Below, one piece after another: positions 41,937 to 52,790 of a stretch of 64,000 bases of DNA (positions are counted from its first letter, which is position 1; the number at the start of each line of letters is the position of its first letter). The position numbers and the translations under genes were made by a program. Source of the DNA: an uncultured bacterium (GTDB lineage Bacteria; Chloroflexota; UBA5177; JANWHV01); contig CAWHAE010000008.1 of NCBI GenBank assembly GCA_963827235.1, positions 320,001 to 384,000 of the forward strand. Direction: 5' to 3'. The notes under the pieces are model-generated. The model was given only the letters and a program-made list of their open reading frames with translations. It was not told the DNA's origin and made no database searches.

Positions 41937-44336
41937 TCACAGACATGCGGCCTGCGGCTCGTCAGGGTACAGAAGCACGGTGTGCTCTTGCCATGCCACA
42001 AAATTCAGCACGTCGTCTCCCGGGACGCTGAGCACCGTCGTATCGTCGGGGCGTGCCACCTTCAAGGCCTGGGGCCGGTAGGCGATGCGGCAGGGTCCGT
42101 CCCGGTCTGCTCTGACTTGAGCCCAGGTCAGACGCCCACCGTCCCACTCGAGGTCAATGGTGAAGCCGCCGCGAGCGCGCACCCCCCGCACCGATCCCGT
42201 TGGCCACGCGCTGGGCAGTGCCGGCAAGAGATCGATCGTCCCGGTGTGGCTCTGTACAAGCATCTCGAAGATGGCGGACGCGCCTCCGAAGTTGCCGTCT
42301 ATCTGGAAGGGAGGGCAGTTGTCGAACAGATTCGGCAGCGTCGAATCACGCAACAGGGCGATCAGGTGCTCGTGCGCTCGGTCGCCCATGCCGAGTCGTG
42401 CCCATTGACCGACCATCCACGCCCTACTCCAGCCAGTGTGTCCACCGCCGTTGGCGAGGCGGCGATCGAGAGATCGGGCCGCGGCTCGGGCGAGCATGGG
42501 CGAGCCGCTCGGCGTGATCTGCCGGCCCGGATGCAGGCCGAACAGATGGGAGATGTGGCGATGACCGGGCTCCACCTCGTCAAAGCCGGCAGACCACTCC
42601 AGTAGCTCGCCATATCTGCCGGTCCGCGGCGGCAGCAAGCGCGCTCGCGCCGTCTCCAGCTCTGCCCGGAAGTCCTCATCGGTTTGCAATATCGTGCTTG
42701 CCGCGATGCTGTTGGTGAACAGATCCCAGATGAGCTGCATATCCATGGTCGCTCCAGCGGACACGGCGCTCTCCCGGCCATGTGGGTCACGAAACGTGTT
42801 CTCGGGCGAGGTGGAAGGACAGGTCACCAGGTTGCCGTCCGGAGCCTCGACGAGCCAGTCCAGGCAGAACTCCGCCGCGCCTTTCATCAGGGGATATGCG
42901 CGGTCGCGCAGGAACGTGAGATCGCCACCGAAGGCATAGTGTTCCCAGAGGTGCAGGCAGAGCCATACCCCGCCCATCGGCCACATAGTCCAGTTGGGCG
43001 GCGAGTGGCCGTCCCCTGCCGTCCGCGTGCCCCGCCAGATGTCGGTGCCGTTGTGCGCTGCCCACCCACGGCAGCCATACGTCAGGCTCGCGGTCTTCCG
43101 TCCGTCCACGCTCAGGTCGCCGACAAGGCTCAGCAGGGGCTCGTGGCACTCCGCCAGGTTCGCCACCTCCGCGGGCCAGTAGTTCATCTGCGCGTTGATG
43201 TTCAGCGTATAGTCACTTCCCCAGATTGGCCGAACCTGGTCGTTCCATATTCCCTGAAGGTTTGCGGGCTGAGTGCCCGGCCGCGAGCAGGAGATCAGGA
43301 GATAGCGACCGAACTGCGCGTACAGCGCGGCGAGCTGGGTATCCTGCTCGATGTCTCCGGCGCGCAAGCGCTCGTCCGTCGGCACCTCCGGCGCGGACGA
43401 TCGGCCCAGCGTGAGTGTGACCCGATCATACAGTCTCCGGCAGTCCGCGACATGTGCGGTCCGCAGATCATCGTACGTGCGCATGCCGGCCTCGGCCAGC
43501 GTGCTCTCGATCGACGCGGCAATTGCCTCGGCCGATAGATCGGGCGCGGCGCCGAAACCCCTGTAGCCCGTGCCGCCGGCTATGAGCAAGGTCACGGCAG
43601 TGGCATCGTCAATCTGCACAATTCCCGATCCGGTGCTGACTCGTCCGCCTTCGGGGAGCACCAGCACGCGGGCCTCGAAACGCATTCCCTTCCCTTCGGC
43701 CTCGTGGTACGCGACTGGATTCTCGCTCGCAAGATGATGCGCCACCACGTGGCTGGGCGCTTTGCCTCGCACAGCGAGCCCGTTGTTCCCAACCGGGACC
43801 CTCGAGGCCTGCAGGGGACTGCTCAGGCCTACCACAAACGACAGTAAGGCCTCGTCGGTGCAGGTCATGCGCACGACCACCACCTGATGAACGGCGGAGG
43901 CGAATACCTCGCGAGTGAACAGCGCGCCGCCCACGCGGTAGCGCACTCGGGCCACGCCGCTGCCCACAAGCAGCTCCCGCCGATAGTCGTGCGCCGGCTC
44001 GGCGTGCGTGCACTGGAGGTAGAGATCGGCGAGCGGCAGGTATGACTCGGTGAATGGGCCCTGAAAGCTCTTCGCGAGCTCTTCTGCCTCCGCATACTTG
44101 CGCTCCCGCAGGATGAGGCGTCGAATCTCCTGCAGGAGCGCAGGTTCTGGACAGGGATGCGCGTCTTCGGGAAAGCCGGACCACAGCGTGTCCTCGTTCA
44201 GTTGCAGCCGCTCCAGCTCGACGCCGCCGAACACCATGGCGCCGAGGCGGCCGTTGCCGATCGGCAACGCCTCTGTCCACTCGCCCGCAGGACGGTTATA
44301 CCAGAGGCACTGAGTCTCAGTTTCGGGATCGGTCAC
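41937..44336 (-). CDS. Glycoside hydrolase family 95 (alpha-L-fucosidase-like)
   Basis: [55 protein letters not shown]. Confidence 0.95.
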   Translation of the reverse strand: MTDPETETQCLWYNRPAGEWTEALPIGNGRLGAMVFGGVELERLQLNEDTLWSGFPEDAHPCPEPALLQEIRRLILRERKYAEAEELAKSFQGPFTESYLPLADLYLQCTHAEPAHDYRRELLVGSGVARVRYRVGGALFTREVFASAVHQVVVVRMTCTDEALLSFVVGLSSPLQASRVPVGNNGLAVRGKAPSHVVAHHLASENPVAYHEAEGKGMRFEARVLVLPEGGRVSTGSGIVQIDDATAVTLLIAGGTGYRGFGAAPDLSAEAIAASIESTLAEAGMRTYDDLRTAHVADCRRLYDRVTLTLGRSSAPEVPTDERLRAGDIEQDTQLAALYAQFGRYLLISCSRPGTQPANLQGIWNDQVRPIWGSDYTLNINAQMNYWPAEVANLAECHEPLLSLVGDLSVDGRKTASLTYGCRGWAAHNGTDIWRGTRTAGDGHSPPNWTMWPMGGVWLCLHLWEHYAFGGDLTFLRDRAYPLMKGAAEFCLDWLVEAPDGNLVTCPSTSPENTFRDPHGRESAVSAGATMDMQLIWDLFTNSIAASTILQTDEDFRAELETARARLLPPRTGRYGELLEWSAGFDEVEPGHRHISHLFGLHPGRQITPSGSPMLARAAARSLDRRLANGGGHTGWSRAWMVGQWARLGMGDRAHEHLIALLRDSTLPNLFDNCPPFQIDGNFGGASAIFEMLVQSHTGTIDLLPALPSAWPTGSVRGVRARGGFTIDLEWDGGRLTWAQVRADRDGPCRIAYRPQALKVARPDDTTVLSVPGDDVLNFVAWQEHTVLLYPDEPQAACL

Positions 44337-45298
44337 TGCGGAATCGTCTCGCCGGCAGGCGGAGGATTGAACACCAGCGGCTTGAGGAACTCGGCCGCCG
44401 CCCGTGTGCCTTCCTCCAGGCCCATGAGCGGATCTTCGTGTTCGATACTTAGCACGCCGTCATAGCCGTGCATCTGCAGCAGGCTGATGAAGTCGCGCCA
44501 CCACGCGGCGCCATGCCCGAAGCCGACTGCCCGGAAGACCCACGGCATGGCGGCAGGCACCGCGGGCAATGTGGTGTCGAGGCACCCGTTGATGCCGGTG
44601 TTGTGGGGATCGACCCGCGTGTCTTTGGCGTGCACGTGACCGAGTGCCGGACCGAGCGCCCTGACCACCTCGAGCGGATCCATACCCTGCCACCAGAGAT
44701 GGCTGGGGTCCAGATTGGCCATTATGGTGCCGGAGATTGCGCTGCGAAGACGAAACAGCGAGGCAGTGTTGTAGACGCTCATGCCCGGGTGCATCTCGAA
44801 GCAGAGCAGCACGCCCAGGTCGCGAGCGTAGGCGGCCGCGTCCGTCCAGTACGGAAGGATTACCTCGTCCCACTGCCACGCCAACAGGGTTGCGAAGTGG
44901 TCCGGCCAGGTGAACGTCACCCAGTTGGGATGCGCTCCGCCGTCGGGGGTGCCGGGACAACCGCTCATGGTGACCACGCGATCCACTCCCAAGGCCGCCG
45001 CCAGGCGAATCGTGTCCCGTATCACCTGTGCGTCGTGCTGCGCCACCACCTGCTGCGGATGGACCGGGTTGCCGCTGCAGTTGAGCGCGCTGATGATCAT
45101 GTTCCGGCTCTGCAGGTTGGCCAGGAGACGCCGGCGTGCGCCCGCGTCATCCAGCATCTCCTGAAGGCGGAGATGCGGCGCAGGCGAGAAGTTCCCAGCG
45201 CCCAGCTCGATGGCGGTAATGCCCCATTGCTCGTAGCGGTCCAGGGAATCGGCGAGCGACAGATGCAGTGTGCTGTCGGTGAACACTCCGATACGCAT
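44333..45298 (-). CDS. Sugar phosphate isomerase/epimerase (AP_endonuc_2 TIM barrel)
   Basis: FEMHPG, NLDPSH, HVHAKD, LSIEHED. Confidence 0.9.
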   Translation of the reverse strand: MRIGVFTDSTLHLSLADSLDRYEQWGITAIELGAGNFSPAPHLRLQEMLDDAGARRRLLANLQSRNMIISALNCSGNPVHPQQVVAQHDAQVIRDTIRLAAALGVDRVVTMSGCPGTPDGGAHPNWVTFTWPDHFATLLAWQWDEVILPYWTDAAAYARDLGVLLCFEMHPGMSVYNTASLFRLRSAISGTIMANLDPSHLWWQGMDPLEVVRALGPALGHVHAKDTRVDPHNTGINGCLDTTLPAVPAAMPWVFRAVGFGHGAAWWRDFISLLQMHGYDGVLSIEHEDPLMGLEEGTRAAAEFLKPLVFNPPPAGETIPQ

Positions 45299-45308
45299 GC
45301 TATTCTCC

Positions 45309-46382
45309 TCAGCGTGGCTTATATGCGTTGAACATGGCGATGGCTTGCGCAACGTCCGCTTTGCCCTGGGCGCCATCCGTGAGCGGCTGCTTGCCTGACA
45401 CTATGCAGTCGTGAAAGTGGAGCAACTCCTGTTTGAACGCTTCCTCGAAACCTGCTTGGTGTTCTCGCCGCGTGTAGACGCCATTCTCCATGGCTTCCAC
45501 TACCACCGGCGTGGGCACGCTCTTGAGGAAGGGCGAAGGGAACCGGAGCTCCACCCGGCCGTCGGTGGCCAGGAACGCCAGGTCCTCACGATAGTTGCGC
45601 ACGTCGTCCAGGTAGGTCCAGGTAAGGACGGCGCGCACGTCGTTGCCGTAGGAGAACGTGCTCATCACCGCGTTACCCTCCGCCCAGATTTCGGTGGAAA
45701 GCACGGCATCCGGAGCGCCGATCAGTCCCCTCAGGGCATTGATATCGTGGATGATACTGCCGAGCAGAACCTCCGCGTAGGCGTAGCCGAGCCAGCCCGG
45801 TACGTCCCCCACGGCCTCGCGCACGAGCGAGTCGTACTCGCCTCGCAGGCGCGAGAGGACGTCTGCCGGCACATCCGCGGCGCGATCGATGCGGTGATGC
45901 GCGGAATACAACTGCTCGGCCGGGTGCCAGATATGCACTTCCACAGCGCGCAGATGGCGCAGCCGGCTTACGGCCTGCTGGGCGAAGCGGTAGCCTGGGT
46001 CGAAGCGTTTCATGTAGGCCACCATCAGGATGGTGTCGTGTTGCTCCGCCGCGGCGATCATCTCGTCGGCCTCGCGCAGCGTGAAGCACATAGGCTTCTC
46101 CACCAGCACGTGCCGCCCGGACATGGCAGCGGCTATGGCCGCAGGGGCATGAGATCCGGGAGTGAGCACCAGGACCGCGTCCAGATCGTTGCCAATGAGA
46201 TCGGAGACCTCGGTGTAGCGCGACTCCACGCCGTAATGTTTGCCCACTGTCTCCAGCACGCCCGGTGAGATATCGCAGAGCGCCGCGATCTCGAATCGGT
46301 CGTCCAGCTCTCGCAGATACGGCAGATGCATCATCTGGGCAACGGCTCCGCAGCCAATCACGCCCACGCGCACGCGTTTCAT
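45309..46382 (-). CDS. Gfo/Idh/MocA oxidoreductase
   Basis: VGVIGCG, HVLVEKP, IHDIN. Confidence 0.92.
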   Translation of the reverse strand: MKRVRVGVIGCGAVAQMMHLPYLRELDDRFEIAALCDISPGVLETVGKHYGVESRYTEVSDLIGNDLDAVLVLTPGSHAPAAIAAAMSGRHVLVEKPMCFTLREADEMIAAAEQHDTILMVAYMKRFDPGYRFAQQAVSRLRHLRAVEVHIWHPAEQLYSAHHRIDRAADVPADVLSRLRGEYDSLVREAVGDVPGWLGYAYAEVLLGSIIHDINALRGLIGAPDAVLSTEIWAEGNAVMSTFSYGNDVRAVLTWTYLDDVRNYREDLAFLATDGRVELRFPSPFLKSVPTPVVVEAMENGVYTRREHQAGFEEAFKQELLHFHDCIVSGKQPLTDGAQGKADVAQAIAMFNAYKPR

Positions 46383-46481
46383 CGATCCTCCACACTAGAA
46401 GCACTGCTGTAGAAGCCTCCGGCCGGGGTGGAACGACAGGTGTCACCCGTACCGCGGCCGAGAGATGCGCTGGTTCCAAGG

Positions 46482-47696
46482 TTAGGCATGCAAGAGCTCG
46501 GCGATCGTCACTGCCTGTCCAGTGGCTATGGACTTGTTCGCCGCCACGCCCATGAGCACGGACATGGCGCCGTCCCATGAACCGGCCATGTGGCCCAGAG
46601 GATCCGGCAGGGTCAGCGCCCCAAACAGCCGCTCGAGGAGACGCTCGTCGCCGCCGCCATGATCGCCGGCAGGTTTTGGAATCTCATAGTTCGCCACCGT
46701 ACCGCTCTTGTGGTAGACGGCTATTACGCTGCTGGCTGCTTGCGCCAGCGGCCCGGTCTCGTCCTCACGAAGCTCCATGCGACCCTCTGTGCCCGTCAGG
46801 GTAGCTCGCCAGCCCTCGATCGGACTGAATGCGACGAGCGAATAGCTGAGCTGCGTCCCGCACTTGTAGCGCGCCACCAGACTCATCGTATCCTCTATAT
46901 CTATCTGCTCGGCGTAGACGCAGCGGTCGCGGTAGTAGCCGTCGTATTGCTCGGCGTCGAAGTAGAAGCTCTTCAGGAAAGGATCGGACAGCAGATCGAC
47001 GTAGAACTCGCAGCTACGAGCGTACTTACAGGTGGAGCAGCGCTCGCCGCGTTCCAGGCGCGTGGGGCCATAGAAGCGCAGTTGCCCGAGAGCATAGACG
47101 CGCTCCGCCTCGGCACCAAGCCACCAGTTGATCATGTCGAAATGATGGGTGGCCTTCGTTACCAGCAGGCCGCCAGAGTTCTCTTTCAGCCGGTGCCAGC
47201 GCCGAAAGTAGTCGGCGCCGTGCCGCCGGTCGAGATACCACTCGAAATCGACATTGAGCACCTTCCCGACCGCTCCCTCGAGGAGCAGCTCCTTCGCGCG
47301 GGTGACGTAGGGCATGAATCGATAATTGAATGTGACGGTGACGTGCCCGCCGCTTCGTCGCTCGGCGGCGAGCACGGCGCGGCATTGCGCGTCGTCCACT
47401 ACCATGGGCTTCTCGGCAATCACGGCGCAGCCCGAATCAAGGGCGCGTACGATATAGTCGGCGTGGTAGCGGTCCATAGTGGTGACGATGACGCCATCCG
47501 GCCGCGTATCCCGCAGCATGGAGTCGAAGCCGTCGAAGGCAGGCACGCCGCACTGCCGACCGACGAAGGCGGCTCGCCCTGGATTGGCATCGTACACGCC
47601 GGTCAGCACGGCGCTGGCTGTAAACTGACTCCTGATCGGCTCGGCATACATCTCCAGAGCGCGCTTGCTTGCTCCGGCGAGAACATAGCTCTTCAT
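46482..47696 (-). CDS. Gfo/Idh/MocA oxidoreductase (YteT-like)
   Basis: AEKPM, HGADYFRRWH, THHFD, HGGGD. Confidence 0.92.
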   Translation of the reverse strand: MKSYVLAGASKRALEMYAEPIRSQFTASAVLTGVYDANPGRAAFVGRQCGVPAFDGFDSMLRDTRPDGVIVTTMDRYHADYIVRALDSGCAVIAEKPMVVDDAQCRAVLAAERRSGGHVTVTFNYRFMPYVTRAKELLLEGAVGKVLNVDFEWYLDRRHGADYFRRWHRLKENSGGLLVTKATHHFDMINWWLGAEAERVYALGQLRFYGPTRLERGERCSTCKYARSCEFYVDLLSDPFLKSFYFDAEQYDGYYRDRCVYAEQIDIEDTMSLVARYKCGTQLSYSLVAFSPIEGWRATLTGTEGRMELREDETGPLAQAASSVIAVYHKSGTVANYEIPKPAGDHGGGDERLLERLFGALTLPDPLGHMAGSWDGAMSVLMGVAANKSIATGQAVTIAELLHA

Positions 47697-47742
47697 GCGA
47701 CTCCCTGTATTCGGTTAGGTTGAACAGGTGGCAAACAGTCTG

Positions 47743-47769
47743 GCTGCACCGGCCGGATGCCGGTGCAGC
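47743..47769. repeat. Perfect 11-bp inverted repeat upstream of the sugar operon
   Basis: GCTGCACCGGC-cggat-GCCGGTGCAGC. Confidence 0.6.
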
Positions 47770-48112
47770 GGTCAGCAGTCAATGTCTTGGCGCGCAACGC
47801 CAATAGCGCTGTCGGCCGGCGATTCATCCGCCAAGGCGGCTTTGCCCAATGCTTCCAGCGGGTGCGCCGCGTGGTCGCCTTGCCACAGCTTCTGCGCCCC
47901 GAGGCAGTACGGGTGAACGGCGGCAGCGCCGACACGCTGCCCCCAGTCCGCTTCTGCTGCCCCACACGTCTCGCGCCGCACCTCTACCGCAAAGACAGGT
48001 CCAAGAGCGTAGGAACCTACACCGGACACAGAGTAGGCATCATCCTGCGTCGTCATGCGTTTCACGTGGCTCAGCACGACAGGTTCTGTTCCAACCCAGT
48101 ACCGGTCCCAGC

Positions 48113-51100
48113 CTACCGCCGCTCTTCCGCTTGCAAGGTAGTGCCGAGCTCCGTCGCCTCAGGCATCTCACCAGGCGGCACCCATTCCTCGATCGCCATC
48201 TGGAAGCGCCAGAACCGCTCGAATCGGCACACCACGCTTCCGTCCGCCAGCAGGGACTTGTACGCGATGACCTGCGTGCCGGAGCCCACAGCCTTCGCCG
48301 TTGCCAGCACCTCGTCCGGTTCTGCCTGCAGCGTTAGCGGTAGCCATGCAGTAGGTCCCAGCTCGATTTCCGTGCCCAGCAGAGCGGTGCGAGAGTCTTC
48401 CTCCCGCCATACGATGTAGTGTCCGCCCTTCACTGCCCGCACCATCCCTTCAATCTCCGCTCCGGTCGCCTCCTTCACAAAGTCATCGCGGCGGCACCGG
48501 TGCTCGCCTGTACGCAGCAGCTCCGCCAGATTCTTGATCGCTGCGATCTCGCTTCGGGGCAGCTCTTCAGGCAACACAACATCGTGCGTGTCCGCGGGAA
48601 ATGTGTCGTGAATCAGCGCGAACGCGTCCATCAATGGGTCTTCGAACGCTTCCGGCTCCCCACCGAACTGCCCCTGGAAGCGCAGCACGTGCTGCTGATT
48701 GCGCACCGGGACCAACAGCAGGTCGCGCGGCTCGCGCACTGCGCGCATGAAGCGATATACCTGCACCATTTCGTGCACCGTGCGTCCCGAATGATAGCGA
48801 AGTGACACTTGCATCGCCGATTTTGGATCATCCTCCGGAAGTGCGTCCAGCTTCTCGTCCTCCAGCCACGCTGCAGGCAGATCGAACGACACTTCCACCG
48901 CGCAGTTGCTTTGTCGATGGTTGGTCAGGCGGAGACCGCCGCCAGGAATCGGCCATGGGGCCAGCTCGAGGTTCTCGAGCTGCTCGCCGGTCTCCGGCAC
49001 TACCAACTTCCACGGCACGGCCTGCGCCAGCGGTTCCGCCTGAAGTGTCATCCGCACACCTCGCCGCTCCAACTCCGGATAGGCGTCGAGCAAAGCGAGC
49101 CTGTTATCCCCGCACACGAAATCGTGCGCGAGCATCTCAACGCCCTCGACGGCGACCGGTTCCATTGTCTGCAGCGCCCGATCGAACACATCCGCCATCT
49201 TCATTCCAGCCGGAAGACGCGCTTTCACCTCCATGTGGATCGGCTCCGTCGGTGATCGAGACTCCCGGCGAATTCCCTTCGCCTCCGGCCGCACCACGAG
49301 CGAACTTCCAGGAGGGTTGAGGGCACGCTCTATCTCGCTCCAAGGCTCCTGCAGCGCCGACGGCTGCAGCCGAGCCTGCTGCAGCGCGCCCAGCAACTGG
49401 GCAGCGCTCTCCTGAGGCGCAAGATGCCAGAGCACTTCGAATGCGAACGCCGCCGCGTGCCGGGCCGCCTGCTGCTGCCAGCCTTGCGCGTCCGAACCCT
49501 TCTTGCCAGCGATTAGGTCAGAGATGCCGCGCACGACAAGCCAGGCCACACTATGAGCGTAAACGGCCTCCAGAAAGCCCCGCCCCTCCATCTCAACGGC
49601 TACAGCATCCGAATATTGCTTACGCAGGAACCTGTATGTCGCCGATCTTGTGTGGCTCACCACCTGCTCGCCTGCCGCGATGGGTCCGACGTGCGCGACC
49701 GGCTCACCGCGCCGGGGACCGTGGATACGCGCATGCCACGCCGTGCCACGTCGGCAGGAGCGAGCACGCTGCACCAACCCGAAATCGCTCTGCCCTAGGT
49801 CAGGCCGCATCAGGAACTCCCGATCTGCCTTGCCCGCGTGATAGTTGTACACCTTGGTCGCGGCCACGACGTCGCCGAGCTTGACGTCTTTCAAGCCACC
49901 TCCGACGCCGACGAACAGGCCTACCTGCGCCTCGGCAACGTTCAACGCGCGCTCTGTCTGCTGGGCAGCCGCTACGTTACCCGCGCCGACTTCGGCGATC
50001 AGCACCTCCCACCGGCAGTGCTTTCCTTCGAAGAATCCCCGCTCGTACCCGGTGCCATAGTTCACCTGCTCCACGGGATCGCTGAGGTGCTCCCGCACGG
50101 CATCGTATTCGATGCCCAGTGCGCTGAGTATCACGGCTTTCCCGGGCCGCCCCTTTCCGGACGTTGGCCTCGGGTAGGGTAGAAGTGGGGACCAGCGCGA
50201 CGGACCGCTGTCCGCGCCCTCCGTCAGCGCCGAATACTCCGCCGCTATCGCAGGATCGGCGCGCACATTGCGTCGCAGGGGACCCGACGCCCAGTTTCTC
50301 GCAGTAGGATCGCTCTCGTCCAGCACCCTTCCTGCGCCACTGAGGACGATCTTCAGGGCGCCGGGCAGCCGCTCCCCATACGAGCACCGCAGTAGCGCGC
50401 GCTGCACCCCGCTCTCGACTGCTTCGACATGTTTGGGCTCGATCAGGCCATCGCTGAACGAGCGCGACCCCGCGCGCACCTCCAACCGGACGCCATCCAG
50501 TTCACGTCCCTCGACGCTGACGGACACGGTGCCGGGCGCCAGATACACATCGCGGATACATGCGCGCGTCTCCGCAATTCGCACCCGCACCGTGGCCCTC
50601 CCGACCTCTACAAACCCGGGCTGCACGCGGTTCGCGCCATACACGAGCTCAGTCACCAGCTCCTCGAACCACCGGAACGTGGGACAGCCGGGGCCAGCCA
50701 CGAATCGATCCGGCGGCGTCCATGGCACCGGATCTTGCTGCGACAGGACGTACTCCTTGTATGGCCAGTCGGTCGCCACGAGCGGAAAGGCAAGATGGCT
50801 GCCCACCAGCGGCCACTCCTGTACGCTCGGCACCTCCGACGTGCTGCCTGCTGGCATGACGAAGAAATACACGCGGCCATCCGTATCCGGCCCCGGCATC
50901 CACACGCGGCCACCGCCCTGCAACAGCCACGATCCGACCTCGCCGCCCGGCACCACGCCGCCAAGTACCAGCACCGAGCCATAGTCGCAGACTCGGTTCT
51001 GTGCGGAACGCCGGTTGGACGGCGCCGGTGCTGCCTCCACGAGAAGCACGCGCAGCCGCCAAGGCTCCTCGGCATCACCCCGCACCAGCGCCAGCCAGAA

Positions 51101-51223
51101 GAATACTTGGTCATGCTGACCCAGCAGGCTTGCCAGGTCCTGAATGCTCAGCGACACTCCTCGACCCCCTAGATTCTGTCCGGTGCCATCATCCCGCCCG
51201 CTCAGGCCGCCGTCAAGCCGCAT
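48113..51223 (-). CDS. Multidomain protein with central PNP_UDP_1 (MTA/SAH-nucleosidase-like) domain; putative defence effector
   Basis: AVILSALGIEYDAV, GAGN, LFVGVGGG..LGDVV, AVEMEGRG, RGISD; about 350-aa N-terminal and about 420-aa C-terminal regions of unknown function. Start codon uncertain. Confidence 0.8.
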   Translation of the reverse strand: MRLDGGLSGRDDGTGQNLGGRGVSLSIQDLASLLGQHDQVFFWLALVRGDAEEPWRLRVLLVEAAPAPSNRRSAQNRVCDYGSVLVLGGVVPGGEVGSWLLQGGGRVWMPGPDTDGRVYFFVMPAGSTSEVPSVQEWPLVGSHLAFPLVATDWPYKEYVLSQQDPVPWTPPDRFVAGPGCPTFRWFEELVTELVYGANRVQPGFVEVGRATVRVRIAETRACIRDVYLAPGTVSVSVEGRELDGVRLEVRAGSRSFSDGLIEPKHVEAVESGVQRALLRCSYGERLPGALKIVLSGAGRVLDESDPTARNWASGPLRRNVRADPAIAAEYSALTEGADSGPSRWSPLLPYPRPTSGKGRPGKAVILSALGIEYDAVREHLSDPVEQVNYGTGYERGFFEGKHCRWEVLIAEVGAGNVAAAQQTERALNVAEAQVGLFVGVGGGLKDVKLGDVVAATKVYNYHAGKADREFLMRPDLGQSDFGLVQRARSCRRGTAWHARIHGPRRGEPVAHVGPIAAGEQVVSHTRSATYRFLRKQYSDAVAVEMEGRGFLEAVYAHSVAWLVVRGISDLIAGKKGSDAQGWQQQAARHAAAFAFEVLWHLAPQESAAQLLGALQQARLQPSALQEPWSEIERALNPPGSSLVVRPEAKGIRRESRSPTEPIHMEVKARLPAGMKMADVFDRALQTMEPVAVEGVEMLAHDFVCGDNRLALLDAYPELERRGVRMTLQAEPLAQAVPWKLVVPETGEQLENLELAPWPIPGGGLRLTNHRQSNCAVEVSFDLPAAWLEDEKLDALPEDDPKSAMQVSLRYHSGRTVHEMVQVYRFMRAVREPRDLLLVPVRNQQHVLRFQGQFGGEPEAFEDPLMDAFALIHDTFPADTHDVVLPEELPRSEIAAIKNLAELLRTGEHRCRRDDFVKEATGAEIEGMVRAVKGGHYIVWREEDSRTALLGTEIELGPTAWLPLTLQAEPDEVLATAKAVGSGTQVIAYKSLLADGSVVCRFERFWRFQMAIEEWVPPGEMPEATELGTTLQAEERR

Positions 51224-51314
51224 GGCGGCGCATGCCGACAGGTCTACGCCGACCCCGTCTGCCCCTGGCTAGTATCCTCCCGGGCATAGTCGTTTGCGTT
51301 GACGCAGCACGGAG

Positions 51315-52674
51315 CTAAGAGTTAGCCGGCCGTGGCGCGGGCGGTAGCTCGGGAAGCATGCCGAGCGGGGGTTTCAGGATCAGCGGCTTTCCGGCTATGC
51401 GTCTCAGCAGGTCTTCGTTGTCCCGCCACAGGACGTAGTGCTTGACGCCACGAAGAGGCAGCGGTATATGTCGGATATCGTCGGAGCTGAAAACCACCGG
51501 CAGGAAACGATGATTAACGCTGTGGGCGTCATAGAGCTGCTGCGTGATGATCGCGCCCTCCCAGGGTGCACCCAGACCGACACCCTCAGGCTCAGGCTCG
51601 CCGCGGAATCGGCGCGCGTATCGTTCCGTGCAGACGCACACGACGAAGTCTGCGCCTTCAAGTGATCGTTGCATCCAGAGAGGCAGACCCTCCGGAAAGT
51701 CCAGGTAGTAGCGATCAATATCGGCATCAACACCATCGTCACGCAGCTTGTCAGCGAGCGTAAGGCATTGGTCCTGGTGCTCGTCGGTGTCCCACGCATA
51801 GCTGATGACGGCCGTCGGGGCGATGGGTGCGGGCGATGACGTGCCAGGCGTGACGGCGGCGGACAGTATGGGAGGGGCGGTTACGGCGGTAGGCGTGACC
51901 GTCGCGTGCGTAGCGGCAGGGGCTGTTGCCACCGGCACAGAGTGTGCCTCCTGCTCCAGTGCCTCCGTGCCCAGGTACGTGATGCGCACGCGCAGTGCGG
52001 CGTTGGGAGTGCTGGGGGTCTCGCGCTCTAGGTGGCCCTTGGCCACCAGATGCTCCACTGCGCGCGCAACGCGCTCGTGGTCGAGAAGCTCGAGCTGCTG
52101 AGCCAGAGATGAAGCCGAGTGAAAGCGCCTTCGATCCTGTCTTGCAAGGGACTCTGTCAGTGTCAGGATGCATCTGCGAAGCTGAGATCTCGGACTGGCT
52201 AGTTCGAACAAGAGCTTCAAAGCCAATCTGTACGTTGGCAAGCAGCACGCCGATGATGGAGACCGGACGACCTTGGGCCGTAGGAGACGCTGTGTCGTAG
52301 ATCACGCTCTCCAGGTCACGCAGTTCGGAGAGTCGCATATGTAGATCGACGAACATGGCCTCCGGCTTTAGCCGCGCAGCAACGCCCAGCACAGCGACAG
52401 CCGTCGTCGGAGCATTGTTGCCGAACTGCCACCTTGCCACCGCCTTGTAGTCTTCTTGCTGGAGAGTTCGGAGGATCTGATCGAGTGCGTCGAGCTTGGG
52501 CGCGACATACTGCTTTGCCTGAATGGTTCGATGGGCCTGCAATCCACGGCGGTAGGCAGCTAGCTGGCTGGGCAGTTCACGCTGCATCCAGCCTATAGCC
52601 ATGCCGATCCAGCTTGCGTCCCTCTTGACGTCGAACTGGAGCCTGGGAAGTCTGGCTCCATGGATCTGATTCAA
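51315..52674 (-). CDS. SEFIR/TIR-domain protein with upstream winged helix (frameshift at about 52185; start uncertain)
   Basis: AVISYAWD, LADKLRDDGVDADID, WMQRSLEGADFVVCVCTERY, GAPWEG, RFLPVVF; wHTH VARAVEHLVAKGHL..RITYLG. Confidence 0.8.
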
Positions 52675-52790
52675 CGGCCTTAGCCTTCAGCTGCGGTGGT
52701 CACGACCCTCTGGCTCCACTGCGCACGCCAGATGTCGATCGCCGGCTAGAACGACATACCCGAGATCGAACTTGCAGCAGCGTGGCGCTC

